A stretch of DNA of 64,000 nt from Roseibacillus sp. GTDB taxonomy: Bacteria > Verrucomicrobiota > Verrucomicrobiia > Verrucomicrobiales > Akkermansiaceae. This document shows, piece by piece, positions 51,481 to 60,875 of the stretch; within the stretch, counting starts at the first letter, position 1; each line of letters begins with the position of its first letter. The notes under the pieces are model-generated. The model did not search any database, had not been told where the DNA came from, and worked only from the letters and a program-made list of their open reading frames with translations. Made by a program: the position numbers and the translations under genes. Where the stretch lies: contig CBDEUM010000038.1 of NCBI GenBank assembly GCA_965242925.1, positions 1 through 64,000 of the forward strand, in the 5' to 3' direction.

Positions 51481-52026
51481 GTGCACGACGATATTGAAAA
51501 AGTCCTTATTGACGAGGATGTGATCGAAAAGCGGATCGATGTGCTGGCGGAGCATATCCTGGAGGAGTTCTGCGGTCGCAAGTTCGTAGTGGTGGTGATC
51601 ATGAAGGGAGCCCTGGTTTTTACCGCTGACCTCCTGCGGCGCATGCCCATTCCGCTTGAGATTGAATGTATCAACGTGGCAAGCTACCATGGGGCAACGG
51701 AGAGTTCAGGGCAGGTGGATTTTCTGGATGCGAAACTGCCTCCGGTAGGGGGACGCTCGGTTCTGTTGATCGACGATATTCTCGACACGGGGCGCACCCT
51801 TGCAGCGGTTGGCCAGAAACTGCGCGAGCAGGGGGCCGGGATGGTCAAGTCCTGTGTCCTGCTCAGCAAGGACAAGGAGCGGGCTGCAGAAGTGGAGGCT
51901 GATCACGTGGGGTTTCATATCGAGGATGAATTCGTGGTTGGTTATGGCTTGGACTTCCGGGGTCTCTATCGCAATTTGCCCTTTGTTGGAGTATTGAAGG
52001 AGAAGGTCATCGGAGATCCGCCATGA
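51481..52026 (+). CDS. hpt: Hypoxanthine phosphoribosyltransferase
   Basis: MKGALVF.ADL, VLLIDDILDTGRTL, FVVGYGLD...YRNLP. Confidence 0.95.
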   Translation: MHDDIEKVLIDEDVIEKRIDVLAEHILEEFCGRKFVVVVIMKGALVFTADLLRRMPIPLEIECINVASYHGATESSGQVDFLDAKLPPVGGRSVLLIDDILDTGRTLAAVGQKLREQGAGMVKSCVLLSKDKERAAEVEADHVGFHIEDEFVVGYGLDFRGLYRNLPFVGVLKEKVIGDPP

Positions 52027-53153
52027 ATCGATCTTACGTCAGGGAACTCGACTCGATGCTGGCACTCTGCAGGCAGGGTGGGCAACTCAGTCATGCGGTG
52101 GTGCAGGGGTTGGATTTGCGGGAAGCAGATCTCGACTGGAAGGCCCTCCGGTGTGAAGAGGCTGTTTTTCTGGGGTGCCGTTTTCCCGAGACAGTTACCG
52201 TCGAGTTTCTTATCGCACGGGGCGCAACCGTGATCCCGGTTTTTCCTGATTTGCCTTATAGTCCTTTCAGGCCTCGACTCTATTCGCGCGCCGAGTTGAT
52301 GGACGGGTGGACGCCGGACGTGGACAAAAGCACGGACAAGTTGATCTACGAACACTTTCTAGCTCATGGTCGTGAAAACCCCGGGGTGCTGGAGGCCCTC
52401 TCGCAGCGCCTGCACGACCATGCCATCGACGATGCCCTGCGCGATTTGTTAGAGGGGCGGATCGAGGGTGATGGGATCAAGAAGGTGGTGGGAATAATGG
52501 GCGGCCACAAGACGCCCCGCACCGATCCGTATTACAAGAAGGTGGCCCGCATCGCCCAGGACCTCACCCGGGCCGGATATTTCATCGCGACCGGGGGCGG
52601 CCCCGGGATCATGGAGGCCGCGAATATGGGAGCCTTTCTGGCGGAAGTCAGCGATGAGGACCTGGAGGGAGCACTCGCGACACTCAGTCATGCCCCGGTC
52701 TACACCGACGAGGGATACATGCAGTGCGCGCAGGAGGTGCTCGACATGTTCCGTCACGGGCGATCCAGTCTGGCAGTGCCCACGTGGTTCTACGGACACG
52801 AACCGAGCAATCTCTTCTCGGTCCATATCGCAAAGTACTTCTCCAACAGCCTGCGGGAGGATGGCCTGCTTGCGATCGCCCTGCACGGGATCATTTTCGC
52901 GCCCGGGAGTGCGGGAACCACCCAGGAGGTTTTCCAGGATGCGACTCAGAATCACTACGCGACCTATGGTGTCGTCAGTCCGATGGTGTTTATCGGCAGG
53001 GAGCACTATGGGGAGAATACACTTATCTACGACTGTCTGAGCCGTCAGGCGGAGAGCAAGGGATATGAGGACTATCTCTGTCTTACCGAGAGCGAGGAAG
53101 AGGTGGTGGCATTCATCGCCTCCCATCCGCCCGGGGAGGTGGCCAGAGTTTGA
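52023..53153 (+). CDS. LOG-family (Rossmann-fold) putative nucleotide nucleosidase
   Basis: TGGGPGIMEAANMGA, PTWFYGHEP, KYFSNSLREDGL, PGSAGT.QE; ATGA overlap with hpt. Confidence 0.8.
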   Translation: MNRSYVRELDSMLALCRQGGQLSHAVVQGLDLREADLDWKALRCEEAVFLGCRFPETVTVEFLIARGATVIPVFPDLPYSPFRPRLYSRAELMDGWTPDVDKSTDKLIYEHFLAHGRENPGVLEALSQRLHDHAIDDALRDLLEGRIEGDGIKKVVGIMGGHKTPRTDPYYKKVARIAQDLTRAGYFIATGGGPGIMEAANMGAFLAEVSDEDLEGALATLSHAPVYTDEGYMQCAQEVLDMFRHGRSSLAVPTWFYGHEPSNLFSVHIAKYFSNSLREDGLLAIALHGIIFAPGSAGTTQEVFQDATQNHYATYGVVSPMVFIGREHYGENTLIYDCLSRQAESKGYEDYLCLTESEEEVVAFIASHPPGEVARV

Positions 53154-53351
53154 AGGTTTCCCTGCGCCCTGCTGGGTGGAGGAAGGGGAAGGGCTTTACG
53201 ACCCTGGATGGCGTCGTTTGGGGATTAAGAAGCACAAATTGGGCCTGAAATCCTGTGTATAAGTATTGCATTCCCTGCAAATTCTGTTTTTCTTCCGCCC
53301 CCCGCAGAAAGGGCAGGCCGGTTTCCCACTAGCCTGAAGCGTGCGAAAGCA

Positions 53352-53609
53352 ATGAGTGAATCGACAATTGATCCGACCGAATACCGCCTTCACGACAATG
53401 ATACGGGAAGTGCGGACTATCAGGTGGCGCTGCTAACCCAGCGTATCAAGCACCTCACCGAACACCTTGGAACTCATCGCAAGGATTTCTCCTCGCGACG
53501 CGGACTACTGACCCTCGTGGCACGTCGGCGGAAACTCCTCGATTTCCTGAGCAGGGATAACGAGGAGCGTTACAAGAAGATCGTTGCAGGGCTCGGATTG
53601 CGTCGATAG
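53352..53609 (+). CDS. rpsO: 30S ribosomal protein S15
   Basis: DTGSADYQVALLT, HL..H.KDFSSRRGL, LGLRR. Confidence 0.97.
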   Translation: MSESTIDPTEYRLHDNDTGSADYQVALLTQRIKHLTEHLGTHRKDFSSRRGLLTLVARRRKLLDFLSRDNEERYKKIVAGLGLRR

Positions 53610-53780
53610 CTCGTTCGGCTGCCTTGTCTCGCAGTCGGCCGTTTTCGCCTTTTGGTTGTCTCTCACGCCATCGCTGGTCCTCTTCCTGGAATCGTTTCCA
53701 GAACGGAAGACCAGCTTCATAACCTAGAGTTGTGCTCTCCATGGGGAGAACACGACGTGATGTAATACAGCAAACGAAAG

Positions 53781-56120
53781 ATGAGTACACATACAGTTAC
53801 GGCCGATGTCGGTCAGACCCCGATTGTTATCGAGACGGGCAAATTGGCAAAACTAGCAGACGGAGCGGTGACAGTCCGCTGCGGCGATACAGTGGTCCTG
53901 GTGACTGCAGTTTCGCAAACCAAGGTTCGCGAAGGGCAGACATGGTTTCCCATGTCGGTCGAGTACAAGGAGCGCGCGGCCGCGGCTGGCGTATTCCCCG
54001 GGGGCTATTTCAAGCGGGAGGGCCGACCCACTGAGAAGGAGATCCTGACCTGCCGGATGACCGATCGCCCCCTGCGTCCGCTTTTCCCGAAGGGCTATCT
54101 TTATGACACGCAGATCGTGGCGCTTCTCTTTGCCGCAGATGGCGAGAACGACGCGGACATCGTGGCCATGAATGGCGCCTCGGCCGCTTTAGCCATTTCA
54201 GATATTCCCTTTGCAGGGCCGATCGGGGCCGTGCGTGTTGGCCGGGTGGAAGGCGATTTTGTCGTCAACCCGACATTCGAGCAGCGGGCCGAGAGTGATC
54301 TTGATCTGGTATACGTTGGGAATAAGACCGACGTGGTCATGATCGAAGGCGCCGCTGACGAGATCCCGGAAGCGGACTTCGTGGATGCCCTGCGATTCGC
54401 CCAGGGACACGTTACCAAGCTGGTGGAAGCTCAGGAGGAACTGGTGGCCCAGTGTGGCAAGGAAAAGCGTGACTACACCGTAACGGTGGCCAAGGACGAG
54501 CATCTTGAGATCGGCTACCGCGTGGCGGGGGATCGCATCGAGGATGCCATCTACAAGCCCAGTAAGGTGGAGCGCGCCAAGGCGGTCGGTGCTCTGCGCG
54601 ATGAAGTGGAAGCAGCTCTCAAGGAAGCGGATCCTGAAATATCGGATTTTGCGATCGAGCAGGCCTTCGAACATATCCAGAAAAAAGCGTTCCGTATCAG
54701 CATCCTCGAGAAGGGACTGCGGGCCGATGGCCGACAAGTGGGTGATCTTCGCCCCTTGACGGCGGAAGCTGGTCTTCTTCCCCGGGTGCACGGCTCGGGC
54801 CTCTTCGCACGAGGAGAGACGCAGGCCTTGGCCGTTACCACTCTCGCTCCGTCCGATGAAAAGCAGTTTTACGACAACTATGCGGGTGGCGATGACAGCA
54901 AGCGTTTCATTCTACACTACTCCTTCCCACCATTCTCGGTGGGTGAGTCGGGTCGTTTTGGTGGTTTGAACCGGCGTGAGATCGGGCACGGGGCTCTTTG
55001 CGAGCGTTCCCTTGCGGCGGTCATTCCCGACGTGGAAGAGTTTCCCTATGCGATCCGTGTTACATCGGAAGTGCTCGAATCGAATGGCTCGTCCTCGATG
55101 GCCACCGTGTGTTCCGGGACGATGTCCCTCCTGCAGGCCGGGGTGCCGCTGAAGCGTCCCGTAAGTGGGATCTCGGTCGGTCTCGTGACGGACTTCGACG
55201 ATGATGGGAATTTGAAGGAGCACAAACTGCTCATGGATATCATCGGTAGCGAAGACTTCTACGGCGACATGGACTGGAAACTCTGTGGAACCAGTGAAGG
55301 AATCACTGGGTTCCAGCTCGACCTGAAGTTGCGGGGAGTCCCTATGGATATCTTCGAGACCGCGGTGCATATGGCCAAGGAAGGCCGCACCAAGGTGCAG
55401 GAAGCCATGACCGAGGCAATTTCCGAGGTCGGCCAACTCAGCGAGCACGCTCCGCGGATCGAGACCGTGAAAATTGATCCCGATCGGATCGGGGAACTGA
55501 TCGGTCCTGGTGGAAAGCACATCAAGGGCATCCAGGCCGAGTCGGGAGCCGAGATCAATATCGAGGATGACGGGACGGTGCATATTTACGCCGCCAAGGC
55601 AGAGTCGCTGGAGTGCGCCAAGAAGATGATCGAGGACATGTTTGCCGAGGTAGAGGTCGGAGCGATCTACACTGGCAAGATTGCAAATACGATGGCCTTT
55701 GGTGCCTTCATGGAAGTGCTTCCCGGCAAGGACGGTCTGATCCACATTTCGGAGTTGGCCGAAGGCCGGGTCGAAAAGACGGAAGATGTGGTAAAGACCG
55801 GGGACGTGGTGACTGCCAAGTGCATCGGCGTGGATGAAAAAGGCCGCGTCAAGATGAGCATGCGCGCTGCGATACGCGAAGCGCGTGGCGACACTGATGA
55901 CAGTGATGATCGCGATCGTCGTGGTGGCGGTGGTGGTGGTGGCGGACGCCGAGGTGGTGGTGGACGCGACCGTGGCGGAGACCGTGGCGGAGACCGTGGC
56001 GGAGACCGTGGCGGAGACCGTGGCGGAGACCGTGGCGGACGCAACCGGGACCGTGACAAACCCAAGGACGATGTGCCCCCGCCTGAGAAGGAGGAGTCAT
56101 TTTCCCTGACCGACGACTGA
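53781..56120 (+). CDS. pnp: Polyribonucleotide nucleotidyltransferase (PNPase) with RGG-rich C-terminal tail
   Basis: PGGYFKREGRP, RGETQ, RREIGHG, SNGSSSMA, GDMD, KH (IGPGGK) and S1 domains. Confidence 0.98.
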   Translation: MSTHTVTADVGQTPIVIETGKLAKLADGAVTVRCGDTVVLVTAVSQTKVREGQTWFPMSVEYKERAAAAGVFPGGYFKREGRPTEKEILTCRMTDRPLRPLFPKGYLYDTQIVALLFAADGENDADIVAMNGASAALAISDIPFAGPIGAVRVGRVEGDFVVNPTFEQRAESDLDLVYVGNKTDVVMIEGAADEIPEADFVDALRFAQGHVTKLVEAQEELVAQCGKEKRDYTVTVAKDEHLEIGYRVAGDRIEDAIYKPSKVERAKAVGALRDEVEAALKEADPEISDFAIEQAFEHIQKKAFRISILEKGLRADGRQVGDLRPLTAEAGLLPRVHGSGLFARGETQALAVTTLAPSDEKQFYDNYAGGDDSKRFILHYSFPPFSVGESGRFGGLNRREIGHGALCERSLAAVIPDVEEFPYAIRVTSEVLESNGSSSMATVCSGTMSLLQAGVPLKRPVSGISVGLVTDFDDDGNLKEHKLLMDIIGSEDFYGDMDWKLCGTSEGITGFQLDLKLRGVPMDIFETAVHMAKEGRTKVQEAMTEAISEVGQLSEHAPRIETVKIDPDRIGELIGPGGKHIKGIQAESGAEINIEDDGTVHIYAAKAESLECAKKMIEDMFAEVEVGAIYTGKIANTMAFGAFMEVLPGKDGLIHISELAEGRVEKTEDVVKTGDVVTAKCIGVDEKGRVKMSMRAAIREARGDTDDSDDRDRRGGGGGGGGRRGGGGRDRGGDRGGDRGGDRGGDRGGDRGGRNRDRDKPKDDVPPPEKEESFSLTDD
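55968..56039 (+). repeat. 12-bp coding tandem repeat (GACCGTGGCGGA x6; DRGG)
   Basis: Six exact copies in the pnp 3' end. Confidence 0.95.
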
Positions 56121-56140
56121 TTTCCAGGCTCCCATGCAAG

Positions 56141-56176
56141 CGCCCCGGGGTTCGTGCTCCGGGGCGTCTTTTTTTT
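56141..56176 (+). terminator. Rho-independent terminator after pnp
   Basis: CGCCCCGGGG-TTCGTG-CTCCGGGGCG followed by TC and T8. Confidence 0.8.
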
Positions 56177-56234
56177 GAGCAACTGCTATTTGCCCAAGAC
56201 GTCCAATGGCAGAGGCCGCGACTGCCTCAGGGAC

Positions 56235-56375
56235 TTACTCCTCGGCGGGCTTCTCCTCTGTCTTGTCCGCACGTTCAAACTTCGCCTCTCTGCTGATGTT
56301 TATGTAGAAACACCCGAAGAGGAGAGTTGAGAGCAGGATAATCAGGGCCAGAAGGAGGCTGAGAATATTGCGCAC
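56235..56375 (-). CDS. Putative 46-aa single-TM small protein / lipoprotein (not in the supplied ORF track)
   Basis: Manual translation from GTG: MRNILSLLLALIILLSTLLFGCFYINISREAKFERADKTEEKPAEE*. Confidence 0.55.
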   Translation of the reverse strand: MRNILSLLLALIILLSTLLFGCFYINISREAKFERADKTEEKPAEE

Positions 56376-56448
56376 GTCCGAACCCTAGGATGGGGAGCGC
56401 AAAATAGGGAGGCGAAATTCAGGAGGATTTTCCGGCGCCGGAATCCCG

Positions 56449-57696
56449 TCAGGGCCTGCTACGTAAGGCGAGAAGGGCGGCGTAGGAACCATCGAATCCG
56501 TCCCGGAATGGCAGAGACTGCCGGGAATCGAGTAGTTCGATTTCCGGATGGGCGGACTGGAATGCCTCAACCTGCTCTTCGTTCTCTGCAGGCTCAAGGG
56601 CACAGGTAGAGTAGAGCAAACGGCCTCCCGGTTTGAGACAGGGCAGGGCGTTCTCAAGAATGCGTTGCTGGACGTCTCCAAGATCGGCGATTTGTTCGGA
56701 CCTGAGCCGCCAACGGGCGTCAACGCGACGGCGTAGCACGCCGGTATTGGAGCAGGGAACATCGAGAAGGATGCGGTCGAAACGGCCATGCCAGTCGACC
56801 GGGGCCTCCATGGTCCAGTCAAACACTTCCGTTCCTGCAATGCTGAGATGTTGTTGTTTCAGGTTTTCGATGAGTCGGGGGAGACGCTTTTCGTTTGCGT
56901 CGGTGCAGAGCAATACACCGTTGTTTTTCATGGCAGACGCGATGAGGGAAGATTTCCCGCCGGGGGCGGCGCAGGCGTCGAGAATGATCTCGCCTGGCTG
57001 GGGGGCGAGAAGTTCTACCGCCAGCCTGGTAGAGGGGTCCTGCACGTAGATCAGACCTTCTTCTGTCCATGATGAGGGGAGCAGGCCCTTCAGTTCGTAG
57101 TAACCATCGATCCCGACAGGAGTGAGAGTTTCTTCCTGATCGGGGTCGAGGGAGGAGGGAGCCAGGGGATTGAGCCTGACAATGACGGGAGCGGGCTGGT
57201 TGTTCCAGGCCATGAGCGCCTCGGCGGCCTCCCTGCCGAACTGTGTTTTCCAGCGTTTGCAGAGCCACCCGGGATGGGAGAACCTGGTGGCAGGGGGGAG
57301 CTCCTCGCGCTCGGAGAAGAGTGTTTTTCGCGCCGCCACCGCTCGGCGTAGGACTGCATTGATCAATCCCCGCACGGGTTTGCGGGCGCAGGACACCGTT
57401 TCGTTTACTGCCGCGTGATCCGGAATTTCCAGAAGCAGGAGCTGGCATACTCCGACCCGCAGGATGTCACGCGTTTCATGATCCAGTTTCCCCTTGCGCA
57501 GCGTGCCGATCCAGTGATCGAGCAGGCTTCGGTTGCGCAGTACGCCGAGCAGGATGCTGTTGAGGAGCGCCCGGTCCGAGGGTGAGAGGTGGTTGCGCCG
57601 CGCGTGGCGGTCGATCAGGGAAGTGGCATAGACATGGCCCTTGGACCATGCACGCAGGGCCGAAACGGCGGCACGGCGGACGTTCTTATCGGGCAT
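56449..57696 (-). CDS. rsmB: 16S rRNA m5C967 methyltransferase (NusB-like + SAM domain)
   Basis: HAAVNETV, INAVLRR, SHPGWL, YVQDPS, DACAAPGGKS, DVPCSNTGVLRR, YSTC. Confidence 0.92.
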   Translation of the reverse strand: MPDKNVRRAAVSALRAWSKGHVYATSLIDRHARRNHLSPSDRALLNSILLGVLRNRSLLDHWIGTLRKGKLDHETRDILRVGVCQLLLLEIPDHAAVNETVSCARKPVRGLINAVLRRAVAARKTLFSEREELPPATRFSHPGWLCKRWKTQFGREAAEALMAWNNQPAPVIVRLNPLAPSSLDPDQEETLTPVGIDGYYELKGLLPSSWTEEGLIYVQDPSTRLAVELLAPQPGEIILDACAAPGGKSSLIASAMKNNGVLLCTDANEKRLPRLIENLKQQHLSIAGTEVFDWTMEAPVDWHGRFDRILLDVPCSNTGVLRRRVDARWRLRSEQIADLGDVQQRILENALPCLKPGGRLLYSTCALEPAENEEQVEAFQSAHPEIELLDSRQSLPFRDGFDGSYAALLALRSRP

Positions 57697-57714
57697 TGCT
57701 AAACCAGAAGGGCG

Positions 57715-58017
57715 TTATCCTCGGACAAGGAAATGGGTGACCAGTTCCCGCCATTCCTCATCGAGGGTAACCGAAGGAGCAGGTTCGGTGCGTCCTGCAC
57801 GGTTGTACCAGTAGCGGGCGTTGGAAAGGTCGCCTTCCTCGCGATGAAGGTGAGCGTGAATCAAGGCTCCATCGGGATCTGGAATACCGGAGCAGAGGTC
57901 GTGGGCGTCATTCCAGCGCTCGGCCCGGGCCAACCAGAGCGTGCGGAGTTCGTCGGAGAGCTCCCCGGGAGGAGCATTGCCGTCTTGAGCGGATTGATCG
58001 AGTTCCTCGGTCGTCAT
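57715..58017 (-). CDS. Hypothetical protein
   Basis: WNDAH...IHAHLHREEGDLSNARYWYNRAG helical motif; co-oriented with rsmB. Confidence 0.75.
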   Translation of the reverse strand: MTTEELDQSAQDGNAPPGELSDELRTLWLARAERWNDAHDLCSGIPDPDGALIHAHLHREEGDLSNARYWYNRAGRTEPAPSVTLDEEWRELVTHFLVRG

Positions 58018-58081
58018 CGGGGCTCCAGCTAAGCCCAGAATTGTGCTGGTGAAAAGCCTGGGCTGTTGCTACCGCTTCACC

Positions 58082-58930
58082 GTGAAACGTGTCCTCTCGG
58101 CTGTCGGTGCAGCTCTCGGCATATTCTCCTGGGCGGAGGCCGAGGAACTCCCTGCGGCACTGGACAAACCTTTCCTGGGGTGCTGGCTGGCCTTTTCGGA
58201 TTCCAGGGACTTTGAGTTTCTTATTGGTGGCGACGGGGACGCGGAGTTGTTCTTTGAGAAGAACCGGGAGCGACTGACTGTCGGTGGTTGTAGTTTGAAG
58301 ATCTACTATACGGTGGGGGAGCAGGTCAAAGGCAAGGGAGGAAAGACCCGGTGGTCCTATCGCAGGATTGTGCGGGATGGATTCGAAGACTTCGCGAAGG
58401 AGACCGCGGAGCCTCCGATGCGGAAGCCGGTCAGTTTTACCGCCACCTTTACCGGAGGAATCAAGGTCAGGATCACCCACGTTTTCAGCAAGAGGGGAGT
58501 GGATATTTCCACGAAGATTCTCGAGAAGGGAGAAAGTAAGGGCGACTTGCGGGCGGGAGTGAAGGTCCTCGTAGGCGATCTTTTCAGGCACATTCAGGAT
58601 GAGGACCTGGAGGAGAAGGAAACCGAGTCCAAGCTGGAAGATACCAGAATTTCTGTTTTTCCCGCGGGGGCACGAAGGGCAAGGCGCATCAAATTTGAAG
58701 ACTACGACACTGTTTTGACTGAAGAGTGTCCCAAGGGGGCCCGGGCTTTTGAGCTGGAATCCGACCGCTATGGTGGCCACGAATTTCAACTAACGACGGC
58801 CAATCCGGATTTCGGTCTTCTTGAGTTCGTTCAGCAGAAGCGCCTCATCCACGGGTTTTTCGTGAACTGGTTCCCGGAGCCGACAAAGGTCGATGAAAAG
58901 GACGCCCGACTTGTGATCAGGGTGAAGTAG
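58082..58930 (+). CDS. Hypothetical secreted protein
   Basis: GTG start with signal peptide (KRVLSAVGAALGIFSWAEA); beta-rich. Confidence 0.7.
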   Translation: MKRVLSAVGAALGIFSWAEAEELPAALDKPFLGCWLAFSDSRDFEFLIGGDGDAELFFEKNRERLTVGGCSLKIYYTVGEQVKGKGGKTRWSYRRIVRDGFEDFAKETAEPPMRKPVSFTATFTGGIKVRITHVFSKRGVDISTKILEKGESKGDLRAGVKVLVGDLFRHIQDEDLEEKETESKLEDTRISVFPAGARRARRIKFEDYDTVLTEECPKGARAFELESDRYGGHEFQLTTANPDFGLLEFVQQKRLIHGFFVNWFPEPTKVDEKDARLVIRVK

Positions 58931-59250
58931 CTCCTCTGATTCATCGGACTGGAGGGGCATTGGATCTTACGGGCTCAGGGTGGTGGAATTGCCCCACCTG
59001 CGAACAGGGGAGCGACTGTACCAAGCTGCACCTATGGGAGGGGACAAGTTGAGCGCACTTTGGTACACCACGAGCTAGAAATCTTACATGATTAACGATT
59101 TTACGATCTTTACAGGGTAGAGAGAGGCCCGGAGCGACAAAATATTAAAAACTCACAGAGAAAATGAGCCTCTTCCAGATTTTTTGAAAATTTATCCCGC
59201 AGAAAAAAAGCGGCTTTAGGGCGATTATAGAAAGATTTTAGATTGACCGA

Positions 59251-59300
59251 CTAGTGCTCTCAAGTGTACTAAAGTGCACTAATTTACAGCAAAGTGCTCG
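59251..59300 (+). promoter_or_regulatory. Putative MraZ operator: AGTG boxes at 10-bp period, overlapping the dcw promoter
   Basis: ctAGTGctct caAGTGtact aaAGTGcact aatttacagc aaAGTGctcg directly before the mraZ start; -35-like TTGACC at 59243-59248. Confidence 0.75.
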
Positions 59301-59765
59301 GTGGGTGTCCCAATCAATAGTTTCGAGGGAGTATATAACTTCAAACTGGACGCAAAATTTCGCGTTTCAGTACCGTCGGAATGGCGTCCGGGGAGGGGCG
59401 AGGCGCTGCCCCTGCGACTTTTGAAGTGGCAGACCTACAAGGTACCCGTGCTCAAGGCGCTCACCGATGAGGCCTTTGAGGCCATGATTGACTCGATCGA
59501 CGGATCTGATCTTCAGGCCGGAATCAAGAGTCAGCGCAAGGGATTGCTCTATTCCCGCAACACCCAGGTGGCCATCAACGACCAGGGCAAGGTGCTCATC
59601 CCGAAGAAACTGGCTGAAGAGCATGGATTGGAGGCCGGCGGGGCTGTGCACCTCTCCGGGCGCGGCACGAATTTCGACATTGTGAGTCCGCGTGATCACA
59701 ACGCAATGCAGGCGGCCGAAGAATCCCTGCTCGGTGACCTCTACGAATCGGTGGACTTCTCTTGA
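59301..59765 (+). CDS. mraZ: Division/cell wall cluster transcriptional regulator MraZ
   Basis: FEG.Y..KLDAKFRVSVPSEWR and NDQGKVLIP (two AbrB-like repeats); first gene of dcw. Confidence 0.9.
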   Translation: MGVPINSFEGVYNFKLDAKFRVSVPSEWRPGRGEALPLRLLKWQTYKVPVLKALTDEAFEAMIDSIDGSDLQAGIKSQRKGLLYSRNTQVAINDQGKVLIPKKLAEEHGLEAGGAVHLSGRGTNFDIVSPRDHNAMQAAEESLLGDLYESVDFS

Positions 59766-59798
59766 ACCTTTACCTCGAACTAGACTGACAAACTGCTG

Positions 59799-60875
59799 AT
59801 GTTCCTGCCTTCTCCAACCCCGGTTCCGTCGATGGCGTGGTGCCTAGCGGACTGTTCAACAACTTTGTTGACGGTGCCGGGGTTGGGGATCCCTTTCCAT
59901 GCGACGCGGGGAGAAGGGAAGACGGAGAGCAGTGAAGGCCCGCGTGCCTTCCACCATGTTCCAGTCCTGATGGAAGAGGTGATTCATTACCTTGCTCCGG
60001 GGGCAGGGATGACGATTGTTGATGCGACACTGGGAGGAGCCGGGCATGCGGCTGCGATCCTGGAGAGGGGTGCTCGGTTGATAGGCTTTGACCGTGACCC
60101 AGAAGCCCTCGCCCACGCCGGAGCTCGCTTGAGCCAATATGGCGAGGCGGCCATGTTGCAGCAGCAGAATTTCTCGAACCTTCTTGCCGCTGGAAGAGAG
60201 CTCGCCCCTGACGGAGTGGATGGGATTCTGCTCGATCTGGGAGTGTCGTCCCACCAGCTTGATTCTGCCGATCGGGGGTTTTCGCTGCGATCCGGGGGGA
60301 GCCTCGACATGCGGATGGATCCCGGAGAAAGCCTCACGGCGGCGGAATTGGTGAATGAATGGAATGAAGCTGATTTGGCCCGGATCTTTCACGATCTGGG
60401 TGAAGAGCGGAGGTCCAGAGCAGTAGCCGGAGCAATCGTGCGCCGCCGTGTCACCAAGCGGTTCAGTGATACCCTCGACCTTGCTGACTGCGTTGCGGGA
60501 GTTGTAGGCCGCAAGGGGCGCATCCATCCGGCGACGCGGGTTTTTCAAGCTCTGAGGATGACGGTGAATCGCGAAATGGAGGCCCTGGAATCAGCCTTGG
60601 AATCGGCCCCGGAGTTGCTGAAGCCCGGAGGACGCATGGCGGTGATCACCTTCCACAGTCTGGAGGATCGCATGGTCAAACGGTTCTTCAGATCCCGCAG
60701 CGTGCGCGAACTTGACCGGCCCGAGTGGCCTGCACCGCGTCCGAATCCGGACTGCTGTCTGCGGGTGATCACCCGCAAACCCGTGACGCCCGCCGCTCCC
60801 GAGGTCGGAGGGAATCCCAGGGCGCGCAGCGCCAAGTTACGAGTGGCGGAAAAAAGGAAGGTGGGCGAGCAGTGA
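59799..60875 (+). CDS. rsmH: 16S rRNA m4C1402 methyltransferase (start uncertain; conserved part begins ~59950)
   Basis: HVPVL, DATLGGAGH, DLGVSSHQLD...RGFS, LDMRMD, HPATRVFQALR, ITFHSLEDR, NPRARSAKLR. Confidence 0.95.
   Translation: MFLPSPTPVPSMAWCLADCSTTLLTVPGLGIPFHATRGEGKTESSEGPRAFHHVPVLMEEVIHYLAPGAGMTIVDATLGGAGHAAAILERGARLIGFDRDPEALAHAGARLSQYGEAAMLQQQNFSNLLAAGRELAPDGVDGILLDLGVSSHQLDSADRGFSLRSGGSLDMRMDPGESLTAAELVNEWNEADLARIFHDLGEERRSRAVAGAIVRRRVTKRFSDTLDLADCVAGVVGRKGRIHPATRVFQALRMTVNREMEALESALESAPELLKPGGRMAVITFHSLEDRMVKRFFRSRSVRELDRPEWPAPRPNPDCCLRVITRKPVTPAAPEVGGNPRARSAKLRVAEKRKVGEQ

Noticed and set aside
55968..56039. Tandem repeats as a possible CRISPR array (also 17653..17713)
   Set aside because: No spacers, in-frame coding repeats, and no cas genes in the window.
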